Origin: Mobula hypostoma
Taxonomy: Eukaryota
DNA: 64,000 nt
Reading direction: 5' to 3'
NCBI RefSeq assembly: GCF_963921235.1
Contig: NW_026948141.1
Coordinates: forward strand, 1-64,000
The position numbers and the translations under genes were made by a program. This document shows positions 1-12,000 of this stretch, piece after piece; the first letter of the stretch is position 1; every line of letters begins with the position of its first letter. The notes beneath the pieces are model-generated. The model saw only the letters and a program-made list of their open reading frames with translations, was not told the DNA's origin and made no database searches.

Positions 1-3000
1 TGTGTGTCTGCCTGTCTTTGCATGTGTGTCTGCATGTCCGTGTGTGTGTGCGAGTCTGTGTCTGTGTGTGTCTGCCTGTCTGTGCATGTGTGTCTGCATG
101 TCCGTGTGTGTGTGCGAGTCTGTATGTGTGTGTGTCTGCGTGTCCGTATGTCCGCGCGAGTCTGTGCGCGTGTGTCTGCATGTCCGTGTGTGTGTGCGAG
201 TCTGTGTGTGTGTGTGTCTGCGTGTCCGTGTGTGTGTGCGAGTCTGTGCGTGTGTGTCTGCATGTCCGTGTGTGTGTGCGAGTCTGTGCGTATGTGTCTG
301 CGTGTCCGTGTGTCCGTGCGAGTCTGTGCGTGTGTGTCTGCGTGTCCGTGTGTGTGTGCGAGTCTGTGTGCGTGTGTGTCTGCGTGTCCGTGTGTCCGTG
401 CGAGTCTGTGCGTGTGTGTCTGCATGTCCGTGCGAGTCTGTGCGTGTGTGTCTGCATGTCCGTGTGTGTGTGCGAGTCTGTGCGTGTGTGTCTGCATGTC
501 CGTGTGTCCGTGCGAGTCTGTGCGTGTGTGTGTCTGCCTGTCTGTGCGTGTGTGTCTGCATGTCCGTGTGTGTGTGCGAGTCTGTGCGTGTGTGTCTGCC
601 TGTCTGTGCATGTGTGTCTGCATGTCCGTGTGTGTGTGCGAGTCTGTGCGTGTGTGTCTGCCTGTCTGTGCATGTGTGTCTGCATGTCCGTGTGTGTGTG
701 CGAGTCTGTGTCTGTGTGTGTCTGCTTGTCTGTGCATGTGTGTCTGCATGTCCGTGTGTGTGTGCGAGTCTGTATGCGTGTGTGTCTGCGTGTCCGTGTG
801 TGTGTGCGAGTCTGTGCGTGTGTGTCTGCGTGTCCGTGTGTGTGTGCGAGTCTGTGCGTGTGTATCTGCGTGTCCGTGTGTGTGTGCGAGTCTGTGCGTG
901 TGTGTCTGCATGTCCGTGTGTGTGTGCGAGTCTGTGCGTGTGTGTCTGCATGTCCGTGTGTCCGTGCGAGTCTGTGCGTGTGTGTGTCTGCCTGTCTGTG
1001 CATGTGTGTCTGCATGTCCGTGTGTGTGTGCGAGTCTGTGCGTGTGTGTCTGCCTGTCTTTGCATGTGTGTCTGCATGTCCGTGTGTGTGTGCGAGTCTG
1101 TGTCTGTGTGTGTCTGCTGTCTGTGCATGTGTGTCTGCATGTCCGTGTGTGTGTGCGAGTCTGTGTGTGTGTGTGTCTGCGTGTCCGTGTGTGTGTGCGA
1201 GTCTGTGCGTGTGTGTCTGCATGTCCGTGTGTGTGTGCGAGCCTGTGCGTGTGTGTCTGCATGTCCGTGTGTCCGTGCGAGTCTGTGCGTGTGTGTGTCT
1301 GCCTGTCTGTGCATGTGTGTCTGCATGTCCGTGTGTGTGTGCGAGTCTGTGCGTGTGTGTCTGCCTGTCTTTGCATGTGTGTCTGCATGTCCGTGTGTGT
1401 GTGCGAGTCTGTGTCTGTGTGTGTCTGCTGTCTGTGCATGTGTGTCTGCATGTCCGTGTGTGTGTGCGAGTCTGTGTGTGTGTGTGTCTGCGTGTCCGTG
1501 TGTGTGTGCGAGTCTGTGCGTGTGTGTCTGCATGTCCGTGTGTCCGCGCGAGTCTGTGCGCGTGTGTCTGCATGTCCGTGTGTGTGTGCGAGTCTGTGTG
1601 TGTGTGTCTCTGCGTGTCTGTGCGTGTGTGCGAGTCTGTGCGTGTGTGTGTCTGCGTGTCCGTGTGTGTGTGCGAGACTGTGCATGTGTGTCTGCGTGTC
1701 CGTGTGTCCGTGCGAGTCTGTGCGTGTGTGTCTGCGTGTCCGTGTGTGTGTGCGAGTCTGTGCGTGTGTTTCTGCATGTCCTTGTGTGTGTGCGAGTCTG
1801 TGCGTGTGTGTCTGTGTGTCCGTGTGTGTGTGCGAGTCTGTGCGTGTGTGTCTGCGTGTCCGTGTGTCCATGCGAGTCTGTGTGTGTGTGCCTGCGTGTC
1901 CGTGCATGCGTGCGAGTCTGTGCGTGTATGTCTGCGTGTCCGTGTGTGCTTGCGAGTCTGTGTGTGTGTGTCTGCGTGTCCGTATGTGTGTGCGAGTCTG
2001 TGCATGTGTGTCTGCGTGTCCGTGTGTCCGTGCGAGTCTGTGCGTGTGTGTCTGCATGTCCGTGTGTGTGTGCGAGTCTGTGCGTGTGTGTCTGCGTATC
2101 CGTGTGTCCGTGCGTGTCTGTGCGTGTGTGTCTGCGTGTCCATGTGTGTGTGCGAGTCTGTGCGTGTGTGTCTGCATGTCCGTGTGTGTGTGCAAGTCTG
2201 TGCGTGTGTGTCTGCGTGTCCGTGTGTCCGTGCGAGTCTGTGCGTGTGTGTCTGCGCCTCCGTGTGTGTGTGCGAGTCTGTGCGTGTGTGTCTGCGTGTC
2301 CGTGTGTGTGTGCAAGTCTGTGCGTGTGTGTCTGCGCGTCCGTGTGTGTGTGAGAGTCTGTGCGTGTGTGTCTGCACATCCGTGTGTGTGTGCGAGTCTG
2401 TGCGTGTGTGTCTGCGTGTCCGTGTGTGTGTGCGAGTCTGTGTCTGTGTGTGTCTGCCTGTCTGTGCATGTGTGTCTGCATGTCCGTGTGTGTGTGCGAG
2501 TCTGTATGTGTGTGTGTCTGCGTGTCCGTGTGTCCGCGCGAGTCTGTGCGCGTGTGTCTGCATGTCCGTGTGTGTGTGCGAGTCTGTGTGTGTGTGTGTC
2601 TGCGTGTCCGTGTGTGTGTGCGAGTCTGTGCGTGTGTGTCTGCGTGTCCGTGTGTGTGTGCGAGTCTGTGCGTGTGTGTCTGCGTGTCCGTTTGTGTGTG
2701 CAAGTCTGTGCGTGTGTGTCTGCGCGTCCGTGTGCGTGTGAGAGTCTGTGCGTGTGTGTCTGCACATCCGTGTGTGTGTGCGAGTCTGTGCGTGTGTGTC
2801 TGCGTGTCCGTGTGTGTGTGCGAGTCTGTGTGCGTGTGTGTCTGCGTGTCCGTGTGTCCGTGCGAGTCTGTGCGTGTGTGTCTGTGTGTCCGTGTCTCCG
2901 TGCGAGTCTGTGCTTGTGTGTCTGCGTGTCCGTGTGTGTGTGCGTTTCTGTGTGCGTGTGTGTCTGCGTGTCCATGTGTGTGTGGGAGTCTGTGCGTGTG

Positions 3001-6000
3001 CGTCTGCGTGTCCGTGTGTCCGTGCGAGTCTGTGCGTGTGTGTCTGTGTGTCCGTGTGTGTGTGCGAGTCTGTGCGTGTGTGTGTCTGCGTGTCCGTGTG
3101 TGTGTGAGAGTCTGTGCGTGTATGTCTGCATGTCCGTGTGTGTGTGCGAGTCTGTGCATGTGTGTCTGCATGTCAGTGTGTGTGTGCGAGTCTGTGTGTG
3201 TGTGTCTGCGTGTCCGTGTGTGTGTGCGAGTCTGTGCGTGTGTGTCTGCATGTCCGTGTGTCCGCGCGAGTCTGTGCGCGTGTGTCTGCGTGTCCGTGTG
3301 TCTGTGCGTGTCTGTACGTGTGTGTCTGCGTGTCCGTGTGTCTGCGCTAGTCTGTGCGCGTGTGTCTGCATGTCCGTGTGTGTGTGCGAGTCTGTGTGTG
3401 TGTGTGTCTGCGTGTCTGTGCGTGTGTGCGAGTCTGTGCGTGTGTGTGTCTGCGTGTCCGTGTGTCCGTGCATGTCTGTGCGTGTGTGTCTGCGTGTCCC
3501 TGTGTGTGTGCGAGTCTGTGCGTGTGTGTCTGCATGTCCGTGTGTCCGTGCGAGTCTGTGCGTGTGTGTGTCTGCCTGTCTGTGAATGTGTGTCTGCATG
3601 TCCGTGTGTGTGTGCGAGTCTGTGCGTGTGTGTCTGCCTGTCTTTGCATGTGTGTCTGCATGTCCGTGTGTGTGTGCGAGTCTGTGTCTGTGTGTGTCTG
3701 CCTGTCTGTGCATGTGTGTCTGCATGTCCGTGTGTGTGTGCGAGTCTGTATGTGTGTGTGTCTGCGTGTCCGTGTGTCCGCGCGAGTCTGTGCGCGTGTG
3801 TCTGCATGTCCGTGTGTGTGTGCGAGTCTGTGTGTGTGTGTCTGCGTGTCCGTGTGTGTGTGCGAGTCTGTGCGTGTGTGTCTGCATGTCCGTGTGTCCG
3901 CGCGAGTCTGTGCGCGTGTGTCTGCATGTCCGTGTGTGTGTGCGAGTCTGTGTGTGTGTCTCTGCGTGTCTGTGCGTGTGTGCGAGTCTGTGCGTGTGTG
4001 TCTGTGTGTCCGTGTGTGTGTGCGAGTCTGTGCGTGTGTGTCTGCCTGTCTTTGCATGTGTGTCTGCATGTCCGTGTGTGTGTGCGAGTCTGTGTCTGTG
4101 TGTGTCTGCCTGTCTGTGCATGTGTGTCTGCATGTCCGTGTGTGTGTGCGAGTCTGTGCGTGTGTGTCTGCGTATCCGTGTGTCCGTGCGAGTCTGTGCG
4201 TGTGTGTCTGCGTGTCCGTGTGTGTGTGCGAGTCTGTGCGTGTGTGTCTGCGTATCCGTGTGTCCGTGCGTGTCTGTGCGTGTGTGTCTGCGTGTCCATG
4301 TGTGTGTGCGAGTCTGTGCGTGTGTGTCTGCATGTCCGTGTGTGTGTGCAAGTCTGTGCGTGTGTGTCTGCGTGTCCGTGTGTCCGTGCGAGTCTGTGCG
4401 TGTGTGTCTGCGCCTCCGTGTGTGTGTGCGAGTCTGTGCGTGTGTGTCTGCGTGTCCGTTTGTGTGTGCAAGTCTGTGCGTGTGTGTCTGCGCGTCCGTG
4501 TGCGTGTGAGAGTCTGTGCGTGTGTGTCTGCACATCCGTGTGTGTGTGCGAGTCTGTGCGTGTGTGTCTGCGTGTCCGTGTGTGTGTGCGAGTCTGTGTG
4601 CGTGTGTGTCTGCGTGTCCGTGTGTCCGTGCGAGTCTGTGCGTGTGTGTCTGTGTGTCCGTGTCTCCGTGCGAGTCTGTGCTTGTGTGTCTGCGTGTCCG
4701 TGTGTGTGTGCGTTTCTGTGTGCGTGTGTGTCTGCGTGTCCTTGTGTGTGTGGGAGTCTGTGCGTGTGCGTCTGCGTGTCCGTGTGTCCGTGCGAGTCTG
4801 TGCGTGTGTGTCTGTGTGTCCGTGTGTGTGTGCGAGTCTGTGCGTGTGTGTGTCTGCGTGTCCGTGTGTGTGTGAGAGTCTGTGCGTGTATGTCTGCATG
4901 TCCGTGTGTGTGTGCGAGTCTGTGCATGTGTGTCTGCATGTCAGTGTGTGTGTGCGAGTCTGTGTGTGTGTGTCTGCGTGTCCGTGTGTGTGTGCGAGTC
5001 TGTGCGTGTGTGTCTGCATGTCCGTGTGTCCGCGCGAGTCTGTGCGCGTGTGTCTGCGTGTCCGTGTGTCTGTGCGAGTCTGTACGTGTGTGTCTGCGTG
5101 TCCGTGTGTCTGCGCTAGTCTGTGCGCGTGTGTCTGCATGTCCGTGTGTGTGTGCGAGTCTGTGTGTGTGTGTGTCTGCGTGTCTGTGCGTGTGTGCGAG
5201 TCTGTGCGTGTGTGTGTCTGCGTGTCCGTGTGTCCGTGCATGTCTGTGCGTGTGTGTCTGCGTGTCCCTGTGTGTGTGCGAGTCTGTGCGTGTGTGTCTG
5301 CATGTCCGTGTGTCCGTGCGAGTCTGTGCGTGTGTGTGTCTGCCTGTCTGTGAATGTGTGTCTGCATGTCCGTGTGTGTGTGCGAGTCTGTGCGTGTGTG
5401 TCTGCCTGTCTTTGCATGTGTGTCTGCATGTCCGTGTGTGTGTGCGAGTCTGTGTCTGTGTGTGTCTGCCTGTCTGTGCATGTGTGTCTGCATGTCCGTG
5501 TGTGTGTGCGAGTCTGTATGTGTGTGTGTCTGCGTGTCCGTGTGTCCGCGCGAGTCTGTGCGCGTGTGTCTGCATGTCCGTGTGTGTGTGCGAGTCTGTG
5601 TGTGTGTGTCTGCGTGTCCGTGTGTGTGTGCGAGTCTGTGCGTGTGTGTCTGCATGTCCGTGTGTCCGCGCGAGTCTGTGCGCGTGTGTCTGCATGTCCG
5701 TGTGTGTGTGCGAGTCTGTGTGTGTGTCTCTGCGTGTCTGTGCGTGTGTGCGAGTCTGTGCGTGTGTGTGTCTGCATGTCCGTGTGTGTGTGCGAGACTG
5801 TGCGTGTGTTTCTGCATGTCCGTGTGTGTGTGCGAGTCTGTGCGTGTGTGTCTGTGTGTCCGTGTGTGTGTGCGAGTCTGTGCGTGTGTGTCTGCGTGTC
5901 CGTGTGTCCATGCGAGTCTGTGTGTGTGTGCCTGCGTGTCCGTGCATGCGTGCGAGTCTGTGCGTGTATGTCTGCGTGTCCGTGTGTGCTTGCGAGTCTG

Positions 6001-9000
6001 TGTGTGTGTGTCTGCGTGTCCGTATGTGTGTGCGAGTCTGTGCATGTGTGTCTGCGTGTCCGTGTGTCCGTGCGAGTCTGTGCGTGTGTGTCTGCATGTC
6101 CGTGTGTGTGTGCGAGTCTGTGCGTGTGTGTCTGCGTATCCGTGTGTCCGTGCGTGTCTGTGCGTGTGTGTCTGCGTGTCCATGTGTGTGTGCGAGTCTG
6201 TGCGTGTGTGTCTGCATGTCCGTGTGTGTGTGCGAGTCTGTGCGTGTGTGTCTGCGTGTCCGTGTGTCCGTGAGAGTCTGTGCGTGTGTGTCTGCGCCTC
6301 CGTGTGTGTGTGCGAGTCTGTGCGTGTGTGTCTGCGTGTCTGTGTGTGTGTGCAAGTCTGTGCGTGTGTGTCTGCGCGTCCGTGTGTGTGTGAGAGTCTG
6401 TGCGTGTGTGTCTGCACGTCCGTGTGTGTGTGCGAGTCTGTGCGTGTGTGTCTGCGTGTCCGTGTGTGTGTGCGAGTCTGTGCTTGTGTGTCTGCGTGTC
6501 CGTGTGTGTGTGCGAGTCTGTGTGCGTGTGTGTCTGCGTGTCCGTGTGTCCGTGCGAGTCTGTGCGTGTGTGTCTGTGTGTCCGTGTCTCCGTGCGAGTC
6601 TGTGCTTGTGTGTCTGCGTGTCCGTGTGTGTGTGCGTTTCTGTGTGCGTGTGTGTCTGCGTGTCCATGTGTGTGTGGGAGTCTGTGCGTGTGCGTCTGCG
6701 TGTCCGTGTGTCCGTGCGAGTCTGTGCGTGTGTGTCTGTGTGTCCGTGTCTCCGTGCGAGTCTGTGCTTGTGTGTCTGCGTGTCCGTGTGTCCGTGCGAG
6801 TCTGTGCGTGTGTGTCTGTGTGTCTGTGTGTGTGTGCGAGTCTGTGCGTGTATGTCTGCATGTCCGTGTGTGTGTGCAAGTCTGTGCATGTGTGTCTGCA
6901 TGTCCGTATGTGTGTGCGAGTCTGTGTGTGTGTGTGTCTGCGTGTCCGTGTGTGTGTGCGAGTCTGTGCGTGTGTGTCTGCATGTCCGTGTGAGTCTGTG
7001 CGCGTGTGTCTGCATGTCCGTGTGTCTGTGCGACTCTGTACGTGTGTGTCTGCATGTCCGTGTGTCTGCGCTAGTCTGTGCGCGTGTGTCTGCATGTCCG
7101 TGTGTGTGTGCGAGTCTGTGTGTGTGTGTGTCTGCGTGTCTGTGCGTGTGTGCGAGTCTGTGCGTGTGTGTGTCTGCGTGTCCGTGTGTGTGTGCGAGAC
7201 TGTGCGTGTGTGTCTGCGTGTCCGTGTGTCCGTGCGAGTCTGTGCGTGTGTGTCTGCGTGTCCGTGTGTGTGTGCGAGTCTGTGCGTGTGTTTCTGCATG
7301 TCCGTGTGTGTGTGCGAGTCTGTGCGTGTGTGTCTGTGTGTCCGTGTGTGTGTGCGAATCTGTGCGTGTGTGTCTGCGTGTCCGTGTGTCCATGCGAGTC
7401 TGTGTGTGTGTGCCTGTGTGTCCGTGCATGCGTGCGAGTCTGTGCGTGTATGTCTGCGTGTCCGTGTGTGCGTGCGAGTCTGTGTGTGTGTGTCTGCGTG
7501 TCCGTATGTGTGTGCGAGTCTGTGCATGTGTGGCTGCGTGTCCGTGTGTGTGTGCGAGTCTGTGCGTGTGTGTCTGCATGTCCGTGTGTCTGCGCGAGTC
7601 TGTGCGCGTGTGTCTGCGTGTCCGTGTGTCTGTGCGAGTCTGTACGTGTGTGTCTGCGTGTCCGTGTGTCCGCGCTAGTCTGTGCGCGTGTGTGTGCGTG
7701 TCCGTGTGTGTGTGCGAGTCTGTGTGTGTGTGTCTGCATGTCCGTGTGTGTGTGCGAGTCTGTGCGTGTGTGTCTGCGTGTCCGTGTGTGTGTGCGAGTC
7801 TGTGCGTGTGTGTCTGCATGTCCGTGTGTGTGTGCGAGTCTGTGTGTGTGTGTGTCTGCATCTCCGTGTGTGTGTGCGAGTCTGTGCGTGTGTGTGTCTG
7901 CATGTCCGTGTGTGTGTGCGAGTCTGTGCGTGTGTGTCTGCATGTCCATGTGTGTGTGCGAGTCTGTGCGTGTGTGTGTTTGCGTGTCCGTGTGTGTGTG
8001 CGAGTCTGTGTCTGTGTGTCTGCGTGTCTGTGTGTCCGTGCGAGTCTGTGCGTGTGTGTCTGCATGTCCGTGTGTCCGCGCGAGTCTGTGCGCGTGTGTC
8101 TGCATGTCCGTGTCTGTGTGCGAGTCTGTGCGTGTGTGTCTGCATGTCCGTGTGTGTGTGCGAGTCTGTGCGTGTGTGTCTGCATGTCCGTGTGTCCGTG
8201 CGAGTTTGTGCGTGTGTGTGTCTGCCAGTCTGTGTGTGTGTGTCTGCATGTCCGTGTGTGTGTGCGAGTCTGTGCGTGTGTGTGTCTGCGTGTCTGTGCG
8301 TGTGTGCGAGTCTGTGCGTGTGTGTGTCTGCGTGTCCGTGTGTGTGTGCGAGTCTGTGCGTGTGTGTCTGCGTGTCCGTGTGTGTGTTCGAGTCTGTGCG
8401 TGTGTATCTGCGTGTCCATGTGTGTGTGCGAGTCTGTGCGTGTGTGTCTGCCTGTCCGTGTGTGTGTGCGAGTCTGTGCATGTGTATCTGCATGTCCGTG
8501 TGTGTGTGCGAGTCTGTGCGTGTGTGTCTGCATGTCCGTGTGTCCGTGCGAGTCTGTGCGTGTGTGTCTGCGTGTCTGTGCGTGTGTGTCTGTGTGTCCG
8601 TGTGTGTTTGAGGGTCTGTGCGTGTGTGTCTGCGTGTCCGTGTGTGTGTGCGAGTCTGTGCGTGTGTGTCTGCGTGTCCGTGTGTCCGTGCGAGTCTGTG
8701 CGTGTGTGTCTGCGTGTCCGTGTGTGTGTGCGAGTCTGTGCGTGTGTGTCTGCGTGTCCGTGTGTCCGTGCGAGTCTGTGCGTGTGTGTCTGCGTGTCCG
8801 TGTGTGTGTGAGGGTCTGTGCGTGTGTGTCTGCGTGTCCGTGTGTGTGTGCGAGTCTGTGCGTGTGTGTCTGCGTGTCCGTGTGTCCGTGCGAGTTTGTG
8901 CGTGTGTGTCTGCGTGTCTGTGTGTCCGTCCGAGTCTGTGCGTGTGTGTCTGCGTGTCCGTGTGTGTGTGCGAGTCTGTGTGCGGGTGTGTCTGCGTGTC

Positions 9001-12000
9001 CGTGTGTCCGTGCGAGTCTGTGCGTGTGTGTCTGCATGTCCGTGTGTGTGTGCGAGTCTGTGCGTGTGTGTCTGCGTGTCCGTGTGTCCGTGTGAGTCTG
9101 TGCGTGTGTCTGCGTGTCCATGTGTGTGTGCGAGTCTGTGTGTGTGTGTCTGCGTGTCCGTATGTGTGTGCGAGTCTGTGCATGTGTGTCTGCGTGTCCG
9201 TGTGTCCGTGCGAGTCTGTGCGTGTGTGTCTGCATGTCCGTGTGTGTGTGCGAGTCTGTGCGTGTGTGTCTGCGTGTCCGTCTGTCCGTGTGAGTCTGTG
9301 CGTGTGTGTCTGTGTGTCCATGTGTGTGTGCGAGTCTGTGCGTGTGTGTCTGCATGTCCGTGTGTGTGTGCGAGTCTGTGCGTGTGTGTCTGCGTGTCCG
9401 TGTGTCCGTGCGAGTCTGTGCGTGTGTGTCTGCGTCTCCGTGTGTGTGTGCGAGTCTGTGCGTGTGTGTCTGCGTGTCCGTGTGTGTGTGCGAGTCTGTG
9501 CGTGTGTGTCTGCGCGTCCGTGTGTGTGTGAGAGTCTGTGCGTGTGTGTCTGCACGTCCGTGTGTCTGTGCGAGTCTGTGCGTGTGTGTCTGCGTGTCCG
9601 TGTGTGTGTGCGAGTCTGTGCTTGTGTGTCTGCGTGTCTGTGTGTGTGTGCGAGTCTGTGTGCGTGTGTGTCTGCGTGTCCGTGTGTCTGTGCGAGTCTG
9701 TGCGTGTGTGTCTGTGTGTCCGTGTCTCCGTGCGAGTCTGTGCTTGTGTGTCTGCGTGTCCGTGTGTGTGTGCGTTTCTGTGTGCGTGTGTGTCTGCATG
9801 TCCATGTGTGTGTGGGAGTCTGTGCGTGTGTGTCTGCGTGTCCGTGTGTCCGTGCGAGTCTGTGCGCGTGTGTCTGCGTGTCCGTGTGTGTGTGCGAGTC
9901 TGTGCGTGTGTGTCTGCATGTCCGTGTGTGTGTGCGAGTCTGTGCGTGTGTGCGTGTCCGTGTGTGTGTGCGAGTCTGTGCGTGTGTGTCTGCATGTCCG
10001 TGTGTGTGTGCGAGTCTGTGTGTGTGTGTGTCTGCATCTCCGTGTGTGTGTGCGAGTCTGTGCGTGTGTGTGTCTGCGTGTCCGTGTGTGTGTGCGAGTC
10101 TGTGCGTGTGTGTCTGCATGTCCATGTGTGTGTGCGAGTCTGTGCGTGTGTGTGTTTGCGTGTCCGTGTGTGTGTGCGAGTCTGTGTGTGTGTGTGTCTG
10201 CGTGTCCGTGTGTCCGTGCGAGTCTGTGCGTGTGTGTCTGCATGTCCGTGTGTCCGCGCGAGTCTGTGCGCGTGTGTCTGCATGTCCGTTTCTGTGTGCG
10301 AGTCTGTGCGTGTGTGTCTGCATGTCCGTGTGTGTGTGCGAGTCTGTGCGTGTGTGTCTGCATGTCCGTGTGTCCGTGCGAGTTTGTGCGTGTGTGTGTC
10401 TGCCTGTCTGTGCGTGTGTGTCTGCATGTCCGTGTGTGTGTGCGAGTCTGTGCGTGTGTGTGTCTGCGTGTCTGTGCGTGTGTGCGAGTCTGTGCGTGTG
10501 TGTGTCTGCGTGTCCGTGTGTGTGTGCGAGTCTGTGCGTGTGTGTCTGCGTGTCCGTGTGTGTGTGCGAGTCTGTGCGTGTGTATCTGCGTGTCCATGTG
10601 TGTGTGCGAGTCTGTGCGTGTGTGTCTGCCTGTCCGTGTGTGTGTGCGAGTCTGTGCATGTGTATCTGCATGTCCGTGTGTGTGTGCGAGTCTGTGCGTG
10701 TGTGTCTGCATGTCCGTGTGTCCGTGCGAGTCTGTGCGTGTGTGTCTGCGTGTCTGTGCGTGTGTGTCTGTGTGTCCGTGTGTGTTTGAGGGTCTGTGCG
10801 TGTGTGTCTGCGTGTCCGTGTGTGTGTGCGAGTCTGTGCGTGTGTGTCTGCGTGTCCGTGTGTCCGTGCGAGTCTGTGCGTGTGTGTCTGCGTGTCCGTG
10901 TGTGTGTGCGAGTCTGTGCGTGTGTGTCTGCGTGTCCGTGTGTCCATGCGAGTCTGTGCGTGTGTGTCTGCGTGTCCGTGTGTGTGTGAGGGTCTGTGCG
11001 TGTGTGTCTGCGTGTCCGTGTGTGTGTGCGAGTCTGTGCGTGTGTGTCTGCGTGTCCGTGTGTCCGTGCGAGTTTGTGCGTGTGTGTCTGCGTGTCCGTG
11101 TGTGTGTGCGAGTCTGTGCGTGTGTGTCTGCGTGTCCGTGTGTCCGTGCGAGTTTGTGCGTGTGTGTCTGCGTGTCTGTGTGTCCGTCTGAGTCTGTGCG
11201 TGTGTGTCTGCATGTCCGTGTGTGTGTGCGAGTCTGTGTGCGGGTGTGTCTGCGTGTCCGTGTGTCCGTGCGAGTCTGTGCGTGTGTGTCTGCATGTCCG
11301 TGTGTCCGTGCGAGTCTGTGCGTGTGTGTCTGCGTGTCCGTGTGTGTGTGCGAGTCTGTGTGTGTGTGTGTCTGCCTGTCTGTGCATGTGTGTCTGCGTG
11401 TCCGTGTGTGTGTGCAAGTTTGTGGGTGTGTGTCTGCGTGTCCGTGTGTGTGTGCTAGTCTGTGTGCGTGTGTGTCTGCGTGTCCGTGTGTCCGTGCGAG
11501 TCTGTGCGTGTGTGTCTGCATGTCCGTGTGTCCGTGCGAATCTGTGCGTGTGTGTCTGCATGTCCGTGTGTCCGTGCGAGTTTGTGCGTGTGTGTGTCTG
11601 CCTGTCTGTGCGTGTGTGTCTGCATGTCCGTGTGTGTGTGCGAGTCTGTGCGTGTGTGTCTGCGTGTCTGTGCGTGTGTGCGAGTCTGTGCGTGTGTGTG
11701 TCTGCGTGTCCGTGTGTGTGTGCGAGTCTGTGCGTGTGTGTCTGCGTGTCCGTGTGTGTGTGCGAGTCTGTGCGTGTGTATCTGCGTGTCCGTGTGTGTG
11801 TGCGAGTCTGTGCATGTGTGTCTGCATGTCCGTGTGTGTGTGCGAGTCTGTGCGTGTGTATCTGCATGTCCGTGTGTGTGTGCGAGTCTGTGCGTGTGTG
11901 TCTGCATGTCCGTGTGTCCGTGCGAGTCTGTGCGTGTGTGTCTGCGTGTCTGTGCGTGTGTGTCTGTGTGTCCGTGTGTGTGTGAGGGTCTGTGCGTGTG